DNA of 63,480 nt, filler included. It is 5 parts of 5 records of this genome, joined end to end, with 100 filler letters (N's around TTAATTAATTAA, not from the genome) between each part and the next. Parts side by side here need not be neighbours in the genome. Positions count along the whole stretch, not along the records: positions 24,916 to 46,382 come from SRR20825010_4261; 4 more parts are not named here. One strand, given 5' to 3'. The notes under the pieces are model-generated. The model was given only the letters and a program-made list of their open reading frames with translations, was not told the origin of the DNA and searched no databases. The translations under genes were made by a program, and so were the position numbers. Positions 34,492 to 42,571 of this stretch are shown piece after piece (position 1 is the stretch's first letter; each line of letters begins with the position of its first letter).

Positions 34492-35565
34492 GTGGCGAAG
34501 TTTCATAAATTAAAAATAAAGGACGTTTACAAAGAGACGGATGATTGTTCGGTTATCACTTTTGACGTGCCGAAAAATCTGGCTGAAGAATTTCAATTCC
34601 GCCAAGGGCAACATTTAACATTAAAAGCAGATATAGACGGCAATGACACGCGTCGCTCCTATAGTTTGTGTTCCAGCCCAACTGATAATGAATGGAAAGT
34701 TGCGGTAAAGACAATTCCCGAAGGAAAATTTTCAAATTTTGTAAATTCAGAATTGAAAATTAACGACACTTTGGAAGTGATGGTGCCTAGCGGAACATTT
34801 GGGGTGGATGTAAACCCTACTGCATCAAAAAACTATCTTTTTTTTGCTGCAGGAAGCGGAATTACTCCCGTGCTTTCTATGATTAAAACACATTTGGCAC
34901 TAGAGCCTAATGCAACCTGCAAGTTGTTTTATGTGAATAGAACCGCAAAATCCATTATCTTTAAAGAAGCTTTGGAACAGTTGCGAAATGAATATTTCGG
35001 ACGCCTTGAAATTTATTATTTTCTAACGAAGGAACGACGCGATATTGAACTTTTCAACGGTCGTTTTGATGATGAAAAGATGCAAGTTTTAACGAAGAAT
35101 TTCATAGATATTCCTGATACCAGCGAAGTGTTTTTATGTGGCCCCGAAGAAATGGTAAATTATGTAAGCAATTACTTAATTGAAGCTGGACTTCCGAAGA
35201 AAATGATTCATTTTGAATTATTTGTAACAGGTTTAACCGAAGAAGATAAACAGCGTGCCGAGCGTTTAGCGAAACAAAATGTAGCTGGCGTTGAAGTAAC
35301 AATTGTTGATGCGGGGAAAGAGTTCCAGTTTACAATGACCAAGGATTATGATAATATTCTTGATGCGGCATTGGCTGCGGGTGCAGATTTGCCTTTCGCA
35401 TGCAAGGGCGGTGTTTGTAGCACTTGCAAATGTGAAGTTTTAGAAGGCAGCGTAGAGATGAAAATAAATTATGCTTTAGAAGAAAAAGAAGTGGCGCAAA
35501 ACTTTGTGTTAAGTTGCCAAGCCGTTCCAACTTCAGAAAAAGTAAAAGTAGATTTTGATGTATAA
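34492..35565 (+). CDS. paaE: Phenylacetyl-CoA epoxidase reductase subunit
   Basis: GQHLTL, RRSYSLCS, AAGSGITPVLS, FLCGP, 2Fe-2S CKGGVCSTC...C; GTG start. Confidence 0.95.
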   Translation: MAKFHKLKIKDVYKETDDCSVITFDVPKNLAEEFQFRQGQHLTLKADIDGNDTRRSYSLCSSPTDNEWKVAVKTIPEGKFSNFVNSELKINDTLEVMVPSGTFGVDVNPTASKNYLFFAAGSGITPVLSMIKTHLALEPNATCKLFYVNRTAKSIIFKEALEQLRNEYFGRLEIYYFLTKERRDIELFNGRFDDEKMQVLTKNFIDIPDTSEVFLCGPEEMVNYVSNYLIEAGLPKKMIHFELFVTGLTEEDKQRAERLAKQNVAGVEVTIVDAGKEFQFTMTKDYDNILDAALAAGADLPFACKGGVCSTCKCEVLEGSVEMKINYALEEKEVAQNFVLSCQAVPTSEKVKVDFDV

Positions 35566-35566
35566 T

Positions 35567-35601
35567 AGCTTTAAGCTTTAAGCTTACAGCCTTAAGCTAA
35601 T
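35567..35601. repeat. Heptamer array (AGCT type), 5 units
   Basis: AGCTTTA AGCTTTA AGCTTAC AGCCTTA AGCTAAT fills the paaE-paaA spacer. Confidence 0.9.
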
Positions 35602-35604
35602 AGT

Positions 35605-36561
35605 ATGAATGAAAAGGAAATAAAGAATTTAGAGGAAATTTTTGAAGCTCGCATAGCGCGTGATGAAAAAATAGAGCCGAAAGATTGGATGCCAGAAAAA
35701 TACCGACAAACGCATATTCGGCAAATGAGCCAACACGCACATTCCGAAATTATTGGGATGCTTCCTGAAGGAAACTGGATTACTCGAGCGCCTTCTTTAC
35801 GAAGAAAAGCGGCATTGCTTGCGAAAGTTCAGGATGAAGCTGGCCACGGTCTTTACTTGTATTCAGCTTGTGAAACTTTAGGGATTTCTAGAGATGAATT
35901 GTATGAACAACTACATAGTGGAAAGGCAAAATACTCTTCAATTTTCAATTACCCCACCATCACTTGGGCAGATATGGGCGCGATAGGTTGGTTGGTAGAT
36001 GGTGCAGCAATTATAAATCAGGTACCGCTTTGTAATACTTCATTCGGACCTTATGCACGTGCAATGGTGCGAGTTTGTAAGGAAGAAAGTTTTCACCAGC
36101 GCCAAGGTTTCGAAATTATGCTAACCCTTTGTCGTGGCACTGAAGAGCAAAAAGCAATGGCGCAAGATGCGCTTAATCGTTGGTGGTGGCCAAGTTTAAT
36201 GATGTTGGGACCAACTGATGCGGAATCCATTCACACCGAACAATCGATGAAATGGAAGTTGAAACGAAAAAGTAACGACGAATTACGTCAGCAATTTATA
36301 GATCAAACTGTGCCACAAGCAGATCTTTTAGGGATTACAGTTCCAGATCCAGATTTGAAATGGAATGAAGAAACAGGTCATTATGATTTTGGTGCAATAA
36401 ACTGGGATGAATTTTGGCAAGTGGTAAAAGGCCATGGTCCTTGTAATAAAGAGCGAATGAAAGCGAGAGTTGATGCATGGGAAAATGGAGAATGGGTTCG
36501 CGATGCGGCTATGGCATACGCAGAAAAAAATACAACTAAAAAAGTAGCAAAAGCAAGTTAA
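35605..36561 (+). CDS. paaA: Phenylacetyl-CoA epoxidase subunit A
   Basis: [38 protein letters not shown] di-iron motifs. Confidence 0.98.
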   Translation: MNEKEIKNLEEIFEARIARDEKIEPKDWMPEKYRQTHIRQMSQHAHSEIIGMLPEGNWITRAPSLRRKAALLAKVQDEAGHGLYLYSACETLGISRDELYEQLHSGKAKYSSIFNYPTITWADMGAIGWLVDGAAIINQVPLCNTSFGPYARAMVRVCKEESFHQRQGFEIMLTLCRGTEEQKAMAQDALNRWWWPSLMMLGPTDAESIHTEQSMKWKLKRKSNDELRQQFIDQTVPQADLLGITVPDPDLKWNEETGHYDFGAINWDEFWQVVKGHGPCNKERMKARVDAWENGEWVRDAAMAYAEKNTTKKVAKAS

Positions 36562-36562
36562 A

Positions 36563-36624
36563 TAGACGTAAAGCGTGAGATTTAATACGTGAATAAAGTG
36601 TCTAAAATCTAAAATCTAATGTCT
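36563..36624. repeat. Inverted heptamer arrays (AGA/TCT type), no insert
   Basis: Left TAGACGT AAAGCGT GAGATTT AATACGT; right GTGTCTA AAATCTA AAATCTA ATGTCT (reverse-complement units). Confidence 0.7.
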
Positions 36625-36912
36625 GATAATAAAAAAAACTGGCCCCTTTGGGAAATATTTGTCCGCAGTAAAAATGGATTAGAGCATCGTCATTTTGGTA
36701 GCCTTCATGCAACCGATGCAGAAATGGCAATGGAAAATGCGCGCGATGTTTACACACGTAGAAACGAAGGTGTGAGTATTTGGGTGGTGGAAAGTAAAAA
36801 TATTACCGCTTCAAATCCACAAGATAATGGTGAAATGTTTGAGCCTGCACAAGATAAAGTATACCGTCACCCCACTTTTTATGATTTACCAGACGAGGTG
36901 AAGCATATGTAA
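36619..36912 (+). CDS. paaB: Phenylacetyl-CoA epoxidase subunit B
   Basis: WPLWEIFVR, HxGSLHA, ARDVYTRRNEGVSIWVV, YRHPTFY. Confidence 0.98.
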   Translation: MSDNKKNWPLWEIFVRSKNGLEHRHFGSLHATDAEMAMENARDVYTRRNEGVSIWVVESKNITASNPQDNGEMFEPAQDKVYRHPTFYDLPDEVKHM

Positions 36913-36923
36913 GTTGAAAGGGG

Positions 36924-36958
36924 GTTAGGAAATAGGTATTTGGAATTTGTGATTATGA
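36924..36958. repeat. Left heptamer arm of four-helix-bundle cassette 1
   Basis: GTTAGGA AATAGGT ATTTGGA ATTTGTG ATTATGA. Confidence 0.7.
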
Positions 36959-37332
36959 ATAGTAAATATCATTTTAAGTTTGAAGATTTAAATGTCTACC
37001 AAAAAGCGATAGATTTTGGAGAATTAATTCATGCTCAAGTTTTAAAATTCCCTCAATACGAATTGTATGCGCTAACTTCTCAATTTAGAAGAGCAGCAGA
37101 TTCAATTGCTTTAAATATTTCCGAAGGATATCCTGGAAGCGACCCTCAATTCATTAAACATATTAATTATGCTATATATAGTTCTAACGAGTGTGTTTCT
37201 TGTAGTACAAAAGCAAAAAGAAGAAGTTATATTTCTAATGAAGAAGATGAAGAAAATAGAAAGTGTTTATCAGAACTAACAAAAATGCTTTCATCTTTAA
37301 GAAATAAAATTAAAGAACGAACTAATGCCTAA
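36955..37332 (+). CDS. Four helix bundle protein (23S rRNA IVS protein / TIGR02436 family)
   Basis: FEDLNVYQKA, FPxxELYALTSQFRRAADSIALNISEG, SSNE motifs; ORF open from TTG 36940. Confidence 0.92.
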   Translation: MNSKYHFKFEDLNVYQKAIDFGELIHAQVLKFPQYELYALTSQFRRAADSIALNISEGYPGSDPQFIKHINYAIYSSNECVSCSTKAKRRSYISNEEDEENRKCLSELTKMLSSLRNKIKERTNA

Positions 37333-37362
37333 TCCCACAATACCTAATGCCTTATTACAAAT
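37321..37362. repeat. Right heptamer arm of four-helix-bundle cassette 1 (inverted)
   Basis: ACTAAT GCCTAAT CCCACAAT ACCTAAT GCCTTAT TACAAAT = reverse complement of ATTAGG/ATTTGT-type units. Confidence 0.75.
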
Positions 37363-38116
37363 GAAAAATCAAAATTTATACAATTACATCCTTACAATTG
37401 CAGACAATTCTTTGATTCTTGCACAACGATTAGGTGAGCTTTGTGGGCACGGACCTAATTTGGAAACCGATATAGCACTTACTAATATTTCGTTAGATTT
37501 ATTAGGGCAAACAAGAAGCTACTACCAATATGCTGCAAAAATTTCCGAAGAAAATAAAACAGAAGACGATATTGCTTTCCTAAGAATTGAAAGAGAATAT
37601 AAAAATTGCCTGCTTGTTGAACAACCAAATACCCATTTTGGATATGTAATTGGAAGACAGTTTTTGTTCGATGTTTATCATTTGTTGCTAATGGAAAAAT
37701 TGCAAGATAGTAAAGATGAAATTCTAACTTCAATAGCCAAAAAAGGAATTAAGGAAGTAAGTTATCACAAACGATTTTCTGGTGATTGGGTGAAGCGTTT
37801 AGGAGATGGAACTGAGGAAAGCAACCAAAAAATGCAAGAAGCAATCAATGACCTTTGGCGATTTACGGATGAACTTTTTTATATCACAGAAGCTGAAAAA
37901 ACAATGATTGAAGAAGGTATTGGTATTGATATTTCAGCCTTTAAAGAAAAATATTACGCCGAAGTTTCTGAGTTGTTAGAAGAAGCAACACTTACTGTTC
38001 CTGAAAATAAATATTTTACAAAAGGCGGGAAAGAAGGAATTCACAGCGAACATATGGGCTATCTACTCGCAGAATTGCAATATATGCAACGTACGTACCC
38101 GAATATGACTTGGTAG
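37361..38116 (+). CDS. paaC: Phenylacetyl-CoA epoxidase subunit C
   Basis: ADNSLILAQRLGELCGHGPNLETDIA, KEVSYH, WVKRLGDGTEES, YMQRTYPNMTW; upstream in-frame ATG at 37325 lies in the repeat arm. Confidence 0.97.
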   Translation: MKNQNLYNYILTIADNSLILAQRLGELCGHGPNLETDIALTNISLDLLGQTRSYYQYAAKISEENKTEDDIAFLRIEREYKNCLLVEQPNTHFGYVIGRQFLFDVYHLLLMEKLQDSKDEILTSIAKKGIKEVSYHKRFSGDWVKRLGDGTEESNQKMQEAINDLWRFTDELFYITEAEKTMIEEGIGIDISAFKEKYYAEVSELLEEATLTVPENKYFTKGGKEGIHSEHMGYLLAELQYMQRTYPNMTW

Positions 38117-38143
38117 TCAATTCTCAACTAACAATTTTCAATT
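38117..38143. repeat. Left arm of 27-bp inverted repeat (TCAATT heptamers)
   Basis: TCAATTC TCAACTA ACAATTT TCAATT; 24/27 complementary to 38522-38548. Confidence 0.9.
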
Positions 38144-38157
38144 CTAAAAAAATAATT

Positions 38158-38516
38158 ATGGAAAGGAATTTTGATTTAGAAGATAGACTTATAGATTTTG
38201 CAATTATTTGTATAAAGTTATTTGCAAAAGTTGAATACAATTATGCTTTAGACCATTTGTCAAAAACAACTAATAAAGTCTTCAACTGGAACCGCTTTAA
38301 ATTATGGAGAAGTACAAGGAGCGGAGTCTGCTAAAGATTTTATTTAAAATGGGCATTGTACTTAAAGAGTTAAAAGAGTCCAAAGTAAATTTGAAAATTC
38401 AAATTGGAACCGAAATATTAAAAGATATAGAGAAGGCTCAATTTGGTTTAAAAGAATGTGAAGAATTAGTGGCGATTTTCGCTAAAAGTATAAAAACTGC
38501 AAAAGCAAAAAAATAA
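38158..38516 (+). pseudogene. Four helix bundle protein, two frameshifts
   Basis: MERNFDLEDRLIDFA...LSK / QLIKSSTGTALNYGEVQGAESAKDFI / KMGIVLKELKESKVNL...ELVAIFAKSIKTAK spread over three frames, shifts near 38265 and 38345. Confidence 0.88.
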
Positions 38517-38521
38517 TTAAG

Positions 38522-38563
38522 CATTGAATATTGTTAGTTGAAAATTGAGCCTTGAAAATTGAA
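38522..38563. repeat. Right arm of inverted repeat (ATTGA heptamers)
   Basis: CATTGAA TATTGTT AGTTGAA AATTGAG CCTTGAA AATTGAA; overlaps the paaD TTG start. Confidence 0.9.
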
Positions 38564-39052
38564 TATTTAAATATCGAAAGTCATTTAATTGAAACATTAT
38601 CATCCGTTTCTGATCCGGAAATTCCTGTGCTTTCAGTTTTAGATTTGGGTGTTATTCGTGAAGCAGTTGAGGAAAATGGTATTGTGAACATAAAGTTGAC
38701 GCCAACCTATTCTGGCTGCCCAGCAATGGATGTAATTGGAGATGATTTAAGAACGGCTTTTTTAGAAATTGGTAAAGAAGCAAAGGTTGAGTTAATCCTT
38801 TCACCAGCTTGGTCCACAGATTGGATTAGTGAAGAAGGGCTCCTAAAGATGGAGGAATATGGCATTGCCAGACCACTATCAGAACTTCACGATAAAGATG
38901 TTTTGTTAGGAGATAAAAAACACGTAAAATGTCCGCAATGCGGAAGTACAAATACCCATTTAGTTAGTCAATTTGGTTCTACTGCATGCAAAGCACTTTT
39001 TAAATGTGACGATTGCCTAGAGCCGTTTGATTATTTTAAATGTTTGAAATAA
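38552..39052 (+). CDS. paaD: Phenylacetyl-CoA epoxidase subunit D
   Basis: DPEIPVLSVLDLGVIR, TPTYSGCPAM, CPQCGS...FGSTACKALFKCxxCLEPFDYFK; TTG start. Confidence 0.96.
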   Translation: MKIEYLNIESHLIETLSSVSDPEIPVLSVLDLGVIREAVEENGIVNIKLTPTYSGCPAMDVIGDDLRTAFLEIGKEAKVELILSPAWSTDWISEEGLLKMEEYGIARPLSELHDKDVLLGDKKHVKCPQCGSTNTHLVSQFGSTACKALFKCDDCLEPFDYFKCLK

Positions 39053-39087
39053 AATGAATAATGAATAATGAAAAATGAAAAATGAAA
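39053..39087. repeat. Heptamer array AATGAAW x5
   Basis: AATGAAT AATGAAT AATGAAA AATGAAA AATGAAA right after the paaD stop; degenerate TTCA-type counter-arm at ~39104-39135. Confidence 0.9.
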
Positions 39088-39143
39088 AAGCTTATTAAAA
39101 AACTTCATCATTTAGTTCTTCAGGTTCAATATTAAATAATATT

Positions 39144-39926
39144 ATGAGTAAAAGCATAACTACCCTTATAGAAAACAAAGTAGCAACTTTAACCTTAAAC
39201 CGGCCAGAGGTTTTTAATAGTTTCAACCGTGAAATGGCGTTGTTACTACAAACCGAATTGGACGCTGCTGAAAAAAATCCAGATGTTCGCGCAATTATAA
39301 TTACAGGAAATGGAAAAGCATTTTGTGCAGGACAGGATTTAAAAGAAGTTACATCGCCTGAATTGAACCCTGGTTTCAAAAAAATTCTGGAGGAACATTA
39401 CAATCCAATTATTTCCCGTATTCGAAATATTGAAAAACCGATAATTGGAGCAATTAATGGTGTAGCAGCTGGAGCTGGTGCAAATATTGCTTTGGCGTGC
39501 GATGTAGTTATTGCTTCTGAAAACGCAAGTTTTATTCAAGCTTTTAGTAAAATTGGCTTGGTTCCGGACAGTGCAGGCACATTCTTTTTGCCCCGTTTAA
39601 TTGGTTTTCAAAAAGCATCAGCTTTAATGATGTTGGGCGATAAAGTTTCTGCCGAACAGGCGGAAAAACTTGGGATGGTTTATAAAGTAGTTTCTTTAGA
39701 AAACTTTATTGAAGAAGTAAACAATATAGCTTTAATAATGGCAAATATGCCTACCAAAGCATTGGGATTAACCAAACGTTTGCTAAATAATTCAATGCAA
39801 AATTCTTTGGAAGAACAACTAAATATGGAGAGCAAACTTCAAATAGAAGCTGCCCAAAGTGAAGATTATGCAGAAGGAGTTGATGCATTTGTGAGCAAAC
39901 GAAAGCCAAATTTTAAAGGAAAATAA
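39144..39926 (+). CDS. paaG: 2-(1,2-epoxy-1,2-dihydrophenyl)acetyl-CoA isomerase (crotonase family)
   Basis: AFCAGQDL, NGVAAGAGANIALACD, FIQAFSKIGLVPDSAG with catalytic Asp; position in paa operon. Confidence 0.92.
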   Translation: MSKSITTLIENKVATLTLNRPEVFNSFNREMALLLQTELDAAEKNPDVRAIIITGNGKAFCAGQDLKEVTSPELNPGFKKILEEHYNPIISRIRNIEKPIIGAINGVAAGAGANIALACDVVIASENASFIQAFSKIGLVPDSAGTFFLPRLIGFQKASALMMLGDKVSAEQAEKLGMVYKVVSLENFIEEVNNIALIMANMPTKALGLTKRLLNNSMQNSLEEQLNMESKLQIEAAQSEDYAEGVDAFVSKRKPNFKGK

Positions 39927-40003
39927 TTGACACCTTGCTTATAGAAAACAATGAATTATGTTTAATTTTTGTTGCGAGTATTAAAACTTCAACAAAAAAA
40001 TAA
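39926..40003 (+). pseudogene. 3'-end remnant of a four helix bundle gene
   Basis: Translates IDTLLIENNELCLIFVASIKTSTKK*, aligning with the C-terminus of the 38158-38516 copy (ECEELVAIFAKSIKTAKAKK*). Confidence 0.7.
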
Positions 40004-40014
40004 TATTTAATAAT

Positions 40015-41220
40015 TTGGAAAATCAAAAATCAGAAATTGGTAATCAACAATCGTTAATCAAGTTTGTTGGAATTATAGGAAGCGGAACAATGGGAAGTGG
40101 TATTGCGCAAGTAGCCGCCACTGCTGGGTGTTCTGTGAAATTATACGATACAAATGATGAAGCTTTAGAAAAAGCTAAAGCAGCTTTGGAAAAAATAATG
40201 AGTCGTTTGGTGGAGAAGGGAAAAATTGATTCCAAAGAAAAAGAACGAATTCAGGGTAATATTAAATATGTAAACTCTCTTAAAGATTTAAAAGATTCAG
40301 ATTTAACAATTGAAGCAATTGTTGAAAATTTAGCTGTTAAAAAGAATGTTTTTTCAACCTTAGAAAAATTTGTTTCCGAGAAATGTATCATTGCTTCAAA
40401 CACATCTTCATTGTCAATCGCATCAATTGCTTCGTCACTTGAAAAACCAGAGCGTTGCGTTGGGATTCACTTTTTTAATCCAGCGCCTCTAATGAAGTTG
40501 GTGGAGGTAATTCCCGCAATACAAACTTCCGAAGAAACACTTCAAAAATCTGTAGAAACTATAAAAAATTGGGAAAAAACGGTTGCCGTTGCTAAGGACA
40601 CCCCAGGTTTTATTGTAAATCGGGTAGCGCGTCCATTTTATGGTGAGGCCTTGCGTATTTATGAAGAAGGAATTGCCGATTTTGCAACTATTGATGATGC
40701 AATGAAAGAAATTGGTAATTTTAGAATGGGCCCCTTTGAGTTAATGGATTTTATAGGAAATGATGTTAATTATACCGTGACCGAAACCGTTTTTGAGGCA
40801 TTTTATTACGATCCGCGATACAAGCCTTCCTTTACCCAAAAACGTTTTTCCGAAGCGGGTTACTTAGGAAGAAAATCTGGCCGTGGCTATTATAATTATT
40901 CCGAAAATGCAGAAAAAAAGCAAGCTGTTATAAACGATGGATTAAATGTTGAAGTTGAGGTTTTTGATAGAATATTAGTAATGCTAATCAATGAGGCTGC
41001 TGATGCACTTTTTTGGAATATAGCTTCTGCGGAAGATATTGATAATGCAATGACCAAAGGTGTTAATTACCCAAAAGGTTTGTTAGCTTGGGCAAATGAA
41101 AAAGGTATCGATTGGTGTGTAAATAAAATGGATGAATTATACGCTACTTATCATGAAGATAGATATCGTTGTTCTCCGTTACTTCGGAAAATGAACCTTG
41201 AAAACAAAACATTCTTTTAA
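40015..41220 (+). CDS. paaH: 3-hydroxyadipyl-CoA / 3-hydroxyacyl-CoA dehydrogenase
   Basis: GIIGSGTMGSGIA, EAIVE, SNTSSLS, GIHFFNPAPLMKLVE, PGFIVNR; TTG start, first ~15 codons repeat-derived. Confidence 0.93.
   Translation: MENQKSEIGNQQSLIKFVGIIGSGTMGSGIAQVAATAGCSVKLYDTNDEALEKAKAALEKIMSRLVEKGKIDSKEKERIQGNIKYVNSLKDLKDSDLTIEAIVENLAVKKNVFSTLEKFVSEKCIIASNTSSLSIASIASSLEKPERCVGIHFFNPAPLMKLVEVIPAIQTSEETLQKSVETIKNWEKTVAVAKDTPGFIVNRVARPFYGEALRIYEEGIADFATIDDAMKEIGNFRMGPFELMDFIGNDVNYTVTETVFEAFYYDPRYKPSFTQKRFSEAGYLGRKSGRGYYNYSENAEKKQAVINDGLNVEVEVFDRILVMLINEAADALFWNIASAEDIDNAMTKGVNYPKGLLAWANEKGIDWCVNKMDELYATYHEDRYRCSPLLRKMNLENKTFF
40021..40062. repeat. Heptamer array (AATC type) x6 inside the paaH 5' end
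   Basis: AATCAAA AATCAGA AATTGGT AATCAAC AATCGTT AATCAAG. Confidence 0.85.
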
Positions 41221-41627
41221 TGCTAAATTCTAAAAAAATACCTGTAAAAATGCTAAGTCAAGACGCTTTTAGTTCTTGGCTCGGGATAGAGATTTTAGAA
41301 GTAGAAAAAGGTAGATGTAAAGTTGCAATGACTATACGGAAAGAGATGCTTAACAGTATGAATAAAGCCCACGGCGGCATTAGTTATAGTTTAGCAGATA
41401 CCGCTTTCGGTTTTGCTGCAAATACCCACGGAAAATACGCAGTGTCCATAGAAACGTCAATAAATCATATTGAAGCACTTAATGAAGGCGATTATCTTAC
41501 AGCGGAATCGGTTATTGAAAAAGTAAATAATAAACTCGGTTTTAATATTGTTGAAGTAAAACGTGGAACTGAATTAGTTGCACTTTTTAAAGGTGTAGTT
41601 TATAGAACAAGTAGGGATTGGGAATAA
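41220..41627 (+). CDS. paaI: Hotdog-fold acyl-CoA thioesterase
   Basis: MLNxxxxAHGGISYSLADTAFGFAAN motif; start overlaps the paaH stop. Confidence 0.92.
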   Translation: MLNSKKIPVKMLSQDAFSSWLGIEILEVEKGRCKVAMTIRKEMLNSMNKAHGGISYSLADTAFGFAANTHGKYAVSIETSINHIEALNEGDYLTAESVIEKVNNKLGFNIVEVKRGTELVALFKGVVYRTSRDWE

Positions 41628-41710
41628 TAGAATAGACTATGTTTTTAAAACTAAAAAAATCAAATTTAAAACTTAATTTTAATCATCAATAATCTAAAAA
41701 TATTCAAATT

Positions 41711-42571
41711 ATGAAATGGCAAGGTAGAAGACAAAGTGGTAATGTTGATGATCGACGTGGAATGAGTAAAGGTAAGATGGCTGCTGGTGGCGGAATAGCA
41801 GTAACGTTAATTGTGCTTGCCTTACAGTTTTTTGGAGGTGAAACTGGACAGCAACTAGCTCCAATTGTTGAGCAAATTGGAAATAGCCGAACAACACAAC
41901 AGGTAGAACAAAGAGAACTTACCGCTCAAGAAAAGGAGGTTGGAAACTTTGTAGCTACTGTTTTAGCAGATACAGAAGATGTTTGGGCGCAAATTTTCAG
42001 TCAAAATAATATCGGAACATACCAAGAGCCAACAATGGTTTTATTTACAGATGCTGTAAGTTCAGGCTGTGGAAATGCTAGCTCAGCTTCTGGACCGTTT
42101 TATTGTCCTGCCGATCAGAACCTGTATATGGATCTGACATTTTTTGATGAATTAAAAACTCGTTTCGGCGCTAAAGGTGGAGATTTCGCAATTGCTTATG
42201 TAACCGCTCATGAAATTGGACATCACGTACAAACACTACTCGGAACATCCAAAAAAGTATCGCAGCTTCAGCGACAAACTACTAAAGTAGAAGCTAATAA
42301 GCTTTCTGTTGCGTTAGAGTTACAAGCTGATTTTTATGCGGGACTTTGGGCACATTATAACCAAGAATATTTAGAAGAAGGAGATATTGAAGAAGCGCTG
42401 AGTGCAGCAAATGCAGTAGGTGATGACGCAATTCAAAAAAGAATGCAGGGCGATATTGTACCCGATAGTTTTACACATGGAAGCTCAGAACAGCGTATGA
42501 AATGGTTTATGAAAGGCTATAAAACTGGAGATATAAAACAGGGAGATACCTTTTCAGAAATATTAAATTAA
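41711..42571 (+). CDS. Neutral zinc metallopeptidase (YpfJ-like)
   Basis: MKWQGRRQSGNVDDRRG, GPFYCPAD, AHEIGHHVQ, ELQADFYAG, SFTHGSSEQR. Confidence 0.92.
   Translation: MKWQGRRQSGNVDDRRGMSKGKMAAGGGIAVTLIVLALQFFGGETGQQLAPIVEQIGNSRTTQQVEQRELTAQEKEVGNFVATVLADTEDVWAQIFSQNNIGTYQEPTMVLFTDAVSSGCGNASSASGPFYCPADQNLYMDLTFFDELKTRFGAKGGDFAIAYVTAHEIGHHVQTLLGTSKKVSQLQRQTTKVEANKLSVALELQADFYAGLWAHYNQEYLEEGDIEEALSAANAVGDDAIQKRMQGDIVPDSFTHGSSEQRMKWFMKGYKTGDIKQGDTFSEILN

Noticed and set aside
38110-38516. Two separate small genes (38110-38334 and 38304-38516)
   Set aside because: They are frameshifted pieces of one four-helix-bundle pseudogene.
36955-40003. Diversity-generating retroelement (four-helix-bundle genes resemble Avd)
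   Set aside because: No reverse transcriptase and no template/variable repeat pair with adenine-specific mismatches seen in the contig.
41628-41710. Heptamer array in the paaI-peptidase spacer
   Set aside because: AT-rich with no convincing 7-nt periodicity or inverted arms.
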